Made by a program: the position numbers and the translations under genes
The notes under the pieces: model-generated
What the model was told of the DNA's origin: nothing
Databases searched by the model: none
The model's input: the letters and a program-made list of their open reading frames with translations, nothing else
Part shown: positions 1 to 11,444 of the stretch, piece after piece
How positions within the stretch are numbered: position 1 is the stretch's first letter
Layout: every line of letters begins with the position of its first letter
Origin: Octopus sinensis
Lineage: Eukaryota
Direction of reading: 5' to 3'
Length of the DNA stretch: 64,000 nt
Assembly (NCBI RefSeq): GCF_006345805.1
Contig: NC_043023.1
Span: 6,696,001 to 6,760,000, forward strand

Positions 1-399
1 TTTCTTTTTCCTTTTTTCGTACCATTTCTTCAGAGCAGGTATCACTGGAATATGAGGCCTACCATTAACCATTTAACCATTTAAGAATATTGTATCACGT
101 TAAAAAAATCTCTGCTGAAGATAGAAGCAGGATACAAACCAAAAATGTATCGCTTGTGAGCTACTTTAATGTGGCAGTCCTCTTAAGAGGTGACGATACT
201 GCAGTTAAAACCCAGGAAGACATTTCCTTGGTGGTGGGCACTTGTTGCCAGGCATGGCTGCAGTTTACCTTGCTTGCAATATATAGAAAACACAGTAGTA
301 AAAATTGTTTGCCAACATAACATGGCAGTCCTGGTTTAGGACTAATGTTGCTGTAATTTAGCCCCAAGAGATATCATCTCCAGCTGGCTATACAACACA

Positions 400-434
<35 letters not shown>

Positions 435-483
435 TGTATGATATATGTATACATGTATATCTTTATATATATGTATATATATA

Positions 484-521
<38 letters not shown>

Positions 522-779
522 GGTTTTTATCATGATAAATGTATTATAAGCACCTGGTCCTACCGCTTAAGTTTCAAATTTAGTTCATGTAGTTTCTTCA
601 ATAAGAACAATCATGATTTTATTTCTGTAAGAAATATTGTTTAATTCTATTTGATTATCTATTTAACTATTATTGTTATTATTGTTGACCTGAGGAGTGA
701 CTATACTTTTAAATTGAATTGTTTTTCGATTAAATTTAAATACAATGTGGCTATACAACACAATGTGTGTGCGTGTGTG

Positions 780-828
<49 letters not shown>

Positions 829-911
829 GAGAATTTACAAAAATGAAAGAAAAAGACAGGTGGTGTAGAAAATAAACATATGTATTAGTATAACGCTCGG
901 GAATTGAAAAA

Positions 912-950
912 GTCTTTAACGTTTCGAGCTTACGTTCTTCTACAGAAAGG
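912..950 (-). ncRNA. degenerate hammerhead in a small element inside (TA)n
   Basis: cttt-CTGTAGA-agaacgtaagctc-GAAA-C-GTT^aaag; core mutated. Confidence 0.4.
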
Positions 951-1676
951 AATACAGAAAGAAACAAGGAAAGAAAAAAATGTGTAGTGGCTAGCGATCT
1001 ATCATGGCGATATATATATATAATTATATATAAAAAAACGTTTTGCATAAGTTTTTACCGATCATGGCTTTTTCCATACCGAAACTACTTGGTAAAATTT
1101 ATTAATTATTAAATTAATAATTATTTACCCTATATCTGTAATAATATATATATAATGTATGTGTACCTACAGTATTTTATATACACACACACTCACACAA
1201 ACATATAGTATATATATGTGTGTATATATTTAAATATATGTATATATGTATGTATACATATGGGCTACTTTAATGTGGCAGTCCTCTTAAGAGGTGACGA
1301 TACTGCAGTTTAACCCCAGGAAGACATATCCTCCAGCTGGTTTATTCAATGTGCTTCTCACACCTGATATTTATTGCAAGTGAGAGATAACTTCTGTCAC
1401 CATAGCTTCAAGATCATGTGGTTTTGATCTGTATTGCATCTCCTTGGTGGTGGGCACTTGTTGCCAGGCATGGCTGCAGTTTACCTTGCTTGCAATATAT
1501 AGAAAACACAGTAGTAAAGATTGTTTGCCAACATAACATGGCAGTCCTGGTTTAGGACTAATGTTGCTGTAATTTAGCCCCAGGAGACATCGTCTTCAGC
1601 TGGCTATACAACACAATCTGTGTCCTGATATTTTCGAACAAGGGAATCTAGCACCCCCACTCAGCTCAAAACAATA

Positions 1677-1721
1677 TCTGTGTATCGTGATTTCCAGGTT
1701 ATTTCCCTTCCTCAGCACAGA
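1677..1721 (-). ncRNA. type I hammerhead motif
   Basis: tctgtg-CTGAGGA-aggg aaataa cctg-GAAA-tcacga-TA^cacaga. Confidence 0.65.
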
Positions 1722-3311
1722 ATAATTGCTCAGTTAGATGTGGCGCTGTCAAATTCCCATTCAAAATATATAGTTTTCAAAGTGACAAATTGCTAAATTA
1801 CAGCAACATTAGTCCTAACCCAGGACTGCCATGTTATGTTGGCAAACAATCTTTACTACAAAGTACTGTTGCTGAATATCTTACACTGTGAGATTTTAAA
1901 AATAGTAATTTTCTAATAGAAAACACAGGGTTATACAATCACTGATTTTGTAACTGCCACCTGACTGGCTCCCGTGCCGGTTGCACATAAAAAGCACTAT
2001 GCCTGTGCCACCAGAATGGCTTTCATGCCAGTTGCACATAAAAACACCATTCAAGCGTGGTCGATGCCTGTGCCGCCTGAATGGCTCCCATGCCAGTTGC
2101 ACATGAAAAGCACCATTCGAGCATGGTCGACGCTTGTGCCGCCTGACCGGCTCCTGTGCCGGTTGCACATAAAAGGCATGCACTACACTCTCGGAATGAT
2201 AGGTGTTAGGAAGAGCATCCAGCTGTAGAAACCTTGTCAAATCAGACTGGAGCCTGGTGCAGCCTCCCAGCCCTCAATCAGAAACCGCCCAACCCATGCC
2301 AGCATGGAAAGCAAGACAGTGGCTGTGTGGTAAGCAGGAGTGGCTGTGTGGTAAGTAGCTTGCTAACCAACCACATGGTTCCATGTTCAGTCCCACTGCA
2401 TGGCATCTTGGGCAAGTGCCTTCTGCTATAGCCCCGGGCCGACCAATGCCTTGTGAGTGGATTTGGTAGACGGAAACTGAAAGAAGCCTGTCGCATATAT
2501 GTATATATTTATGTTTGTGTGTCTGTGTTTGTCCCCCTAGCATTGCTTGACAACCAATGCTGGTGTGTTTACGTCCCCGTAACTTAGCGGTTCGGCAAAA
2601 GAGGCCGATAGAATAAGTACTGGGCTTACAAAGAATAAGTCCTGGGGTCGATTTGCTCGACTAAAGGCGGTGCTCCAGCATGGCTGCAGTCAAATGACTG
2701 AAACGAGTACAAAAAAAAAAAAATATGACAATGACGATGATGATGATGATTGAACTAGTCTGTTAGAAAATCTTTGTTCAAGACAGAAGTAGTATATGAA
2801 CCAGAAAGTACTGCTTATGGCCACGAGTACCCACCAAGGAGATCCAATACAAATCAAATCATGTGGTTTGGTAGGCTTAAAGCCAACAGAAAGAGTTGTA
2901 AACAGCAATGTTACATCCAATTCTTCATCATCATCATTTTAACCCTTTAGCGGTCAGATTACACTAATCTCAAATGTAATGCTTATCTGTTCATGTTATT
3001 TTGGATTAGTCATGTGTTATCTCATAGATTTGAAATTTCAATAATGTTAACTGTTCACAACATCTGATGTCTCTTATACCCAGTTTTCCCCTTAAATTAC
3101 TTATACTCTGTCGTATGTGCACACTGACATTACCCATCCAACAGATCAGGCTAGCTTCAATATATATATATATATATATATATATTGTATAGAGGGCATT
3201 ATTACACATAAATGCCTCACACTAAGAGGGACAAAGTCATTACTACCAAAATTATACTAATCATACCCAAATGCAGTTTTTCAAAGCAAGACATTTAAAA
3301 AAATGAATTTA

Positions 3312-3368
3312 GTTCTGTATCACCGTGATTTCACATTCAACTTTACGTCTTATGATCCTCAGCAGAAC
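3312..3368 (-). ncRNA. type I hammerhead motif (left arm of palindrome)
   Basis: Reverse-complement copy of 3508-3564. Confidence 0.65.
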
Positions 3369-3507
3369 TGATTCTGAACACATCATAATAAACTACCAAC
3401 CTTACGTAGCGAAGACGAACAGACAACTGCTCACTTGTCTGTTGAGCAGTTGTCTGTTTGTCTTCGCTACGTAAGGTTGGTAGTTTATTTATGATGTGTC
3501 AGAATCA

Positions 3508-3564
3508 GTTCTGCTGAGGATCATAAGACGTAAAATTGAATGTGAAATCACGGTGATACAGAAC
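3508..3564 (+). ncRNA. type I hammerhead motif (right arm of palindrome)
   Basis: gttctg-CTGAGGA-tcat...atgt-GAAA-tcacggtga-TA^cagaac; 6-bp stem I; the closing pair of stem II is a mismatch. Confidence 0.65.
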
Positions 3565-3809
3565 TAAATCATTTTTTTAAATGTCTTGCTTTGAAAAACT
3601 GCATTTGGGTATGATTAGTATAATTTTGGTAGTAATGACTTTGTCCCTCTTAGTGTGAGGCATTTATGTGTAATAATGCCCTCTATACAATATAGATATA
3701 ATTAATTTGTTCAAAAGAAAAAAATTTCTTTTATGAGGTTTTCACGCTAGCTACCCGATAATTTCTTGTTAAGATCCCTTATTAAGAGATTATCCTTAAT
3801 TGTTAAACT

Positions 3810-3840
<31 letters not shown>

Positions 3841-4160
3841 ATATATCACCGTGACCGACCAGGCTATCTGATGGTCACAATGTGCTTCGCATTGTTTTAG
3901 CCTTCAAATGACGCCATGTGTGTATATATCTATGAATGCGTGTACAATATATATACTTTTTTACACTTTTACTTGTTTCAGTCATTTGACTATGGCCTTT
4001 AGTCAAGCACATCGACCCCAAAACTTATTCTTTGTAAGCCTAGTACTTATTCTATCGGTCTCTTTTGCCAAACCGCTAAGTTACAGGGACGTAAACACAC
4101 CAACATCAGCCGTCAAGAGATGATGGGGGGACAAACACAGACACACAAACACACACACAC

Positions 4161-4199
<39 letters not shown>

Positions 4200-4624
4200 C
4201 GATGGTCGTTTCACTGTCACGTGTAAAAAGATTCGAGTGAGGTCGTTGCCAGTGCCGCCTGACTGGCCCCCGTGCCGGTGGCACGTAAAAAGCATCCCAC
4301 TACACTCTCAGAGTGGTTGGCGTTAGGAAGGGCATCAAGCTGTAGAAATTCTGCCAAATCAAGATTGGAGACTGGTGCAACCATCTGGCTCGCCAGCCCT
4401 CAGTCAAAATCGTTCAACCCATGCTAGCATGGAAAGCGGACGTTAAACGATGATGATGATGATGGGCTTCTTTCAGTTTCCATCTACCAAATCCATTAAC
4501 AAGGCTTTGGTCAGTCCGAGGCTATAGTAGAAGACACTTGCCGAAGGTGACACGCAGTGGAACTAAACCTGAAACCATGTATTTCGTAAGCAAGCTACTT
4601 ACCACGCAGCCATTCCTACACCTA

Positions 4625-4730
4625 TATGTATATATATATATGTATATATACATATCTATATCTATATATACGTGTGTGTATGTATATATATGTATCTATA
4701 TATATGTGTATGTGTGTGTGTGTGTGTATG

Positions 4731-4789
<59 letters not shown>

Positions 4790-5060
4790 ATATGTATCTA
4801 TATATATGTGTGTATGTATGTGTATATATATGTTAGTATCATCATCATCTCCTCACACATACAAGAGATATGCTTGATCATGTTGCTGGCAACAAGAGAT
4901 TCCATCTGTTATCATAAACTGAATACTGATAAAATGATACAAGATATACTTACATATATATATACATATATATACATATATATGTGTGTGTGTGTGTTGT
5001 ATGCATGATATATGTATGCAGGTATATCTTTATACATATGTATATATATGTGTGTATGTG

Positions 5061-5139
<79 letters not shown>

Positions 5140-5451
5140 GTGTGTGTGTACTTACATCATATTGTATACACACACATTTGCACACACACCCACACAAACA
5201 TATAGTATATATATATATGTGTGTGTGAGTGTATTTAAGTATATGTACATATGTATGTATACATATATGCCTATCTATAACATATGCATATATGCATACA
5301 TGCACATACACAAACGTGTATATATGTATATACATACACATTCAGATATTAATACACACACACTCATATACACATACAGACACATATGTGTATGTATGTT
5401 TATATATACTTTATGTACAGTTATAGATACAGATACCCATATGTATGTATG

Positions 5452-5501
<50 letters not shown>

Positions 5502-5510
5502 TATATACAC
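4625..5510. repeat. (TA)n/(TATG)n/(CA)n low-complexity block; similar block at 19540-19860
   Basis: Direct observation. Confidence 0.95.
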
Positions 5511-5850
5511 AGTATCTAGGGTATACAGCTAGACAGTATAACCCAAAGATGCACAACTCAAACAACTCAAAAAGTACATTGGTAAAGCAGCTACTTCTCT
5601 GTCGAGACGACCACCACCCATGAAAAATAAAGAAATGAATAAAAGTATGGAAGTACAAATGGATCATAACATCTATCAAGGTCAGGGCATACAGGACTTG
5701 TGTTGGTTTGTTATCAACAGACCTTTGGAAGCAAGTGTGGTTTGGACAACATATTTCAGACAAGATTACAAACTGCGTGTGGTATGATCCATACATTTGC
5801 ACATATCTGCATGTGTGTGTGTGTGTGTGTGTGTGTACAAAGTGTCTATA

Positions 5851-6080
5851 AAGGCGGCGAGCTGGCAGAAACGTTAGCACGCCGGGCGAAATGCGTAGCC
5901 GTATTTCGTCTGTCGTTACGTTCAGAGTTCAAATTTCGCCGGGTCGACTTTGCCTTTCATCCTTTCGGGGTCAATAAATTAAGTACCAGTTACGCACTGG
6001 GGTCGATGTAATCGACTTAATCCGTTTGTCTGTCCTTGTTTGTCCCCTATGTGTTTAGCCCCTTGTGGGTAGTAAAGAAA
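5851..6080 (+). mobile_element. SINE family B with Meta-like central domain; also 7707-7937, 11242-11412, 14485-15120, 28773-28993(-), 29883-30100, 51646-52282, 59623-59856(-), 60985-61396(-)
   Basis: gagttcaaattcc B box then gactttgcctttcatcctttcggggtcgataaa..aagtacc. Confidence 0.88.
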
Positions 6081-6189
6081 TATATAAAGTGTGTGTGCAA
6101 TTCTAAATAATTGTATCTTTGTAACTGTACATGATAGAACTAAATTGCACACACTTTATAGACACCCTATGTGTGTATGTGTATATATA

Positions 6190-7195
6190 CAGGGTGTGAT
6201 AGGTGAATTCTTTCCATTTATATTTTTAATTTCACGCACATGCATTGTTTTGTTTTTGATTTTGTCAACTACACAGTATAGTAGGGTCAGTTGGGCACCA
6301 TCTAAGGTGGAGGGGACAAACACAGACACACAAATACACACACACAGAGATATCTACACATACGAGGGCTTCTTTCAGTTTCCATCTGCTGGATCTACTA
6401 ACAAGGCTTTGGTCAGCCCGAAGCTATAATGGAGGACACTTGCCCAAGGTGCCATACAGTGGGACTGAACCCAGAACCACGTGGTTGGGAAGCAAGCTTC
6501 TTACCACACAAGTTGCAATTCACTCTGCCAGAAATTTGGAAACAACATGCTATACTGCCTGGCATTTGTGCCGGAGGCTCTTCAGAGTGTTTGGATATCA
6601 ACCTGAGGACAGAGCATTCTGAGGACATGTAATGAGAATGATAAAAATCAAACATCATGGTGTTTGGAGTGAGCACTAGTCATGGTGATGTTATGCCTCC
6701 ATTCATCTTCCCACATGGCCTCAGAGTCAACATGAAAGCCTACAGCAAGAGCCTGGTGGAGGTAGTGCTGCCCTGGGTCAAGAGGGTGGCTGCTGGAAGA
6801 CCCTATGTCTGGCAACAGGACTCTGCACCATGCCACACAGGCAGGGAAATCCAGTCATGGCTGTCAAACAATTTCTGTGACCACATCACCCCTAACATGT
6901 GGCCACCTAACTCCCCATACTGCAACCCTCTTGATCACTGCGGGGTGCAGTTGAACGAGAGACCGATAAAACTCCTTGTAACACCAAAGATGAATTGAAG
7001 GCAAGGATTATGGCAGCATTCACCAACTTAAACAAGGAGACCATCCAGAAGAATTTCAGGAGATTCCAAAGTCATCTGGGGGCTGTGGTTGAAACCAATG
7101 GCGATTTTATTGACCAAATTTACTCTTTAGTATTTCAAGATATTTTTATGTAATTTTAGTAAATATATCTGTTAAAATGAGATGTCAGTTATTTT
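6190..7195 (+). mobile_element. decayed Tc1/mariner transposon, DD37D (maT) type, with a SINE insertion
   Basis: ORF 6657-6998 WQQDSAPCH...WPPNSPYCNPLD with 37 residues between the 2nd and 3rd Asp; ta-CAGGGTG terminus; frameshifted. Confidence 0.85.
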
Positions 7196-7542
7196 ATTCA
7201 CGGCATCCTGACCCCTTTCGGTCATGACACTGACCATGGGACTGCACCTAGAAAGTTACCCTCCCAGGCACAAGTTCAGGCAAGGTTATTTATGGAAGAC
7301 CATCAGTCGCCCATGCATACCGGCCTCCCCTCTCTACGTCACCGGTGTTGTCCAAGGGAAAGGCAAAGGGGCCGATACAGCTTGGCACCTGTGATGTCAC
7401 AACTCATTTCTACAGTTGAGTGAACTGGAGCAACATAAAATAAAGTGTCTTGCTCAAGAACACAACACGCAGCCGAGTCTGGGATTCAAACTCACAACCA
7501 CATGGTCGAAGATCGATGTGCTCTAACCACTGAGCCATTATT

Positions 7543-7603
<61 letters not shown>

Positions 7604-8228
7604 TATAATGTATATACACACACACATACATATATACACACACAAACACAAGCGCACACATGGTCAGTACCATGTTTTATATATATATATATATATATAA
7701 ATAATAAGGCAGCTAGCTGGCAGACACGTTAGCGCAGTGGGCGAAATGCTCAGCGGTATTTCGTCTGCCGTTACGCTCTGAGTTTAAATTCCACCGAGGT
7801 CGACTTTTCCTTTCATCCTTTCAGGGTCGATAAATTAAGTACCAGTTACGCACTGGGGTCGATATAATCGACTTGATCCCTTTGTCTGTCCTTGTTTGTC
7901 TCCTCTATGTTTAGCCCCCTGTAGGCAATAAAGAAATATTTATACATATATATATAATTCACTGACACTAAAAGTGACCAAGTGTTTAGTGAGCAGCAGC
8001 ATTGCTAGAAATAAGAGTCAAAGACTCCTTAGCCACAAGAAGTCACATGTTCTATTTGAACAGACAGGAGACAACATCTCCCCATCTTGATTGAGCTGCA
8101 TTAGATTAACATACTAATTTCGTATAAGAAATTAATACTCGTCAGTAATGCTTACTGCATCACAGGTGGTGCTGCTGAAATCACACCTGTTAGCATTATA
8201 GGAAATACCATTGAAATACCATAGAACC

Positions 8229-8890
8229 AACACCAGTGCTATTAATGTGGCACCAACACCAATGCTGTTAATGTGGCACCAGTGCTATTAAAGTAGCACC
8301 AGCATCAGTGTTTAAGTGGGTACCTGCATCAGTGCTTTTAATGTGGTACCTGCACCAGTGCTGTTAATGTAGTATCAGCATCAGTGCTTTTAATGTAGCA
8401 CCAGCATCAGTGCTTTTAATGTGGCACCAGCACCAAAGCTTTTAATGTGGCACCAGCACCAGTGCTATTAAAGTAGTACCAACACCAATGCTTTTAATGT
8501 GGTACCTGCACCAGTGCTATTAATGTGGCACCAACACCAATGCTGTTAATGTGGCACCAGTGCTATTAAAGTAGCACCAGCATCAGTGTTTTTAATGTGG
8601 TACCTGCATCAGTGCTTTTAATGTGGTACCTGCACCAGTGCTGTTAATGTAGTATCAGCATCAGTGCTTTTAATGTAGCACCAGCATCAGTGCTTTTAAT
8701 GTGGCACCAGCACCAGTGCTATTAATGTAGCACCAGCATCAGTGCTTTTAATGTAGCACCAGCAACAGTGCCTTTAATGTGGCACCAACACCAAAGCTTT
8801 TAATGTGGCACCAGCACCAGTGCTATTAAAGTAGTACCAACACCAATGCTTTTAATGTGGCACCAGTGCTATTAATGTAGCACCAGCATG
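8229..8890. repeat. minisatellite, unit about 24 bp (gcaccagcatcagtgcttttaatgt)
   Basis: Visible tandem units; block 8231-8500 is largely duplicated from about 8510. Confidence 0.95.
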
Positions 8891-9264
8891 AGCAATGTGT
8901 GTGTGTGTGTGTGTGTGTGTGTTGTCTTTGTGTCTGTGTTTGCCCCCACCACCACCACCACCACCATCACCACCTGACAACCAGTGTTGGTGCGTTTACA
9001 TCCCCCTAATATAGCAGTCCAGTGAATGAGACCAATAGAATAAGCACCAGGTTTAAAGACAAATGAGTATTGGGGTCAGTTCATTTGACTCAGATTCCTT
9101 CAAGGCAATGCCCCAGCATGGCCACAATCTAACGACAGAAACAAGTAAAAGATAGCAGCTAAAGATAGAGCCTAAAACCACGGTGCCTGTAACCAAGTCA
9201 TTCTCCATTACAAGCAACAACCGTAGTTTTAGTCAAGTCATTTTGTTGTGTTGTACACGCATAC

Positions 9265-9367
9265 CTTTAAAGCAACGTTATATAGGCTGTCACATACATT
9301 CCTCTTTTAATGTAATGCATCCACGTGATGTCAGTTAGTACTCGTAGCAGCCTGGTAATAGTATATC
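9265..9367 (-). CDS. candidate exon (GYTITRLLRVLTDITWMHYIKRGMYVTAYITLL*) with the stop 2 nt before the donor
   Basis: Very long polypyrimidine tract ending aaccag, strong AAG|GTATGC donor, only one long open frame. Confidence 0.45.
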
Positions 9368-9571
9368 CTGGTTGAACAAAAATACAGCCAAAAACAGAGC
9401 ACGAACAAAAAAAGAGAAAGATCAAATTGGAAAATAAAGAGTCTGCTTTGCTGTGCTGTAATACTATCGTAGGGTTAATTGTGAAAAATATGATACTGTA
9501 AGGCATGTTACATAGCTGTTATGGCTTTATAGTACACTGTTTTGCTATATGGTTACTATGGTTACTTGTTT

Positions 9572-10670
9572 GTTTAACACTAGGTCAGTCCTGATCCAGT
9601 AGACCTATGATCAAAGACGTTCCAGCTGTGACCATCCCACCTTTTATTCAGACATAGTGTATCTGGGACTACATTATCTAATGTATATTATAGATGTTAG
9701 TATTAGTGGCTATAGCTGTTTAGCCCAAGGTCAATCCTGATCCAACAAAACTTATGATCAAAGACATTCCAGCTGTGACCATCCCATCTTTTATTCAGGC
9801 ATAGTGTACCTGGGACTACATTATCTGGTGTGTTTTAATCTTTTGAACTTGTTGTTTAGCCCCAGGCCAATCCTCATCCAACAAAACTTATGATCAAAGA
9901 CGTTCCTGCTGTGACCATCCCACCTTTTATTCAGACATAGTGTATCTGGGACTACATTATCTAATGTATATTATGAAGGTTATAGCTATATAGTGCTAGT
10001 TTAACCCTAGGTCAGTCCTGATCCAGTAGACTCATGTTCAAAAATGTTCCAGAAGTTCCAACTGTGACAATTCCATCTTTTATTCAGATATAGTGTACCA
10101 AGGACTACATCAACTAATGTATACTATAGTAGTCAGTATTAGAGGCTATTGTTGTTGTTGATGCTGTTGTTCAGCCCTAAGTTAGTCCTGATCTGGTAGA
10201 TCTATAATCAAATATGTTCCAGATGTGACCATCCTGCCTTTTATTTAGGCATAGTGTATCTAGGACTACATTATATAATGTACAGTATAGTAGTTAGTAT
10301 TAGTGGCTATAACTGTTGTTGTTTAGCCCTAGGTCAGTCCTGATCTAGGAGACAGACCTATGATCAAAGATGTTCCAGCTGTGACCATCCTGTCTTTTAT
10401 TCTGGCATAGTGTATCTAGGACTACATTATCTAATGTATAGTGTAGCAGTATTGGTGGCTATAGTTGTTGTTGCTTAGCCCTGGGTCAGTCCTGTTCTAG
10501 GAGACACACCTATGATCAAATATGTTCCAGCTGTGACCATCCAGCCTTTTATTCTGGCATAGTGTATCTAGGACTACATTATCTAATGTACAGTATAGTA
10601 GTTTGTATTAGTGGCTACCATTGTGGCTGTAGCTGTTTAGCCCTAGGTCACTTCTGATCCAACAGACATA
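9572..10670. repeat. tandem array of about 7.5 units of 135-170 bp
   Basis: ccctaggtcagtcctgatc...tgatcaaagacgttccagctgtgaccatcc...ggactacattatctaatgta repeated. Confidence 0.95.
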
Positions 10671-11047
10671 TCATCTTACCACCCAGCTATGCTTGCACCT
10701 ATATTTTTTGTTGGTTTTGTTAATTTTTTTATTATTTGTTTTTTGTTTGTTGGATTTAGTTCTTCTTTTCCTGCAGTTCCAGTTGACTGCATCTGCTGGC
10801 TTTGTAACAAGGGAAACCACTGAAGCAGAAACATGCGATGACATAACAGTTTCTGCCTCCACTGCCAGGCTAAATATAGAAATGGTGCGAGACACGGAAG
10901 ATATAACACTCGGTTCCACATGACTGCACATCACGACGGCTGAATGCTGACCGATGGTGCAAAGTTGGCAGCTTCAAGTTGCGAGACCGGTGCTCCCTGC
11001 AGCAGGTCCTGCGGATGGTCTGCGACAACTGATACCCGACCTGTTAC

Positions 11048-11102
11048 CCCTCAACTTTTTTAAGTGGAAATTGAAATATCTATGGGGGCCGATTGGTAGG
11101 GT
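11048..11102 (-). CDS. candidate internal exon (TLPIGPHRYFNFHLKKLR-G)
   Basis: ctgaccttctgcag acceptor; G|GTAACA donor in phase 1 joins the long open frame of the 9367 exon. Confidence 0.4.
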
Positions 11103-11444
11103 CTGCAGAAGGTCAGATATAATACCTTGTGGTTCTTTAAGATCATCATCATCATCTTCGTCATCATCATCATCATCATCACCATCATGAATAACAACAG
11201 CGACACCTATCATCATCGCCACTGCCATGATGTAACTAATGGTTACGTTCTGAGTTCAAATTCCGCCGAGGTCGACTTTGCCTTTCATCCTTTCGGGGTC
11301 GATAAATAAAGTACCAGTTACGCACTGGGGTCAATGTAATCGACTTAATCCCTTTGTCTGTCCTTGTTTGTTCCCTCTGTGTTTAGCCCCTGGTGGGCAG
11401 TAAAGAAATAGGTATATGGAGATTGGCCCCTATTTATATATATA

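Larger units (their letters stand above)
3181..3694. mobile_element. near-perfect fold-back element (arms about 253 bp, loop about 9 nt) next to (TA)n
   Basis: Arms are reverse complements with only a handful of mismatches/indels; centre at about 3438. Confidence 0.9.

Noticed and set aside
1050-1100. Further hammerhead-like remnants (1050-1100, 560-605, 21925-22005, 41030-41050)
   Set aside because: Two or more core positions mutated or CUGANGA missing; not supportable by eye
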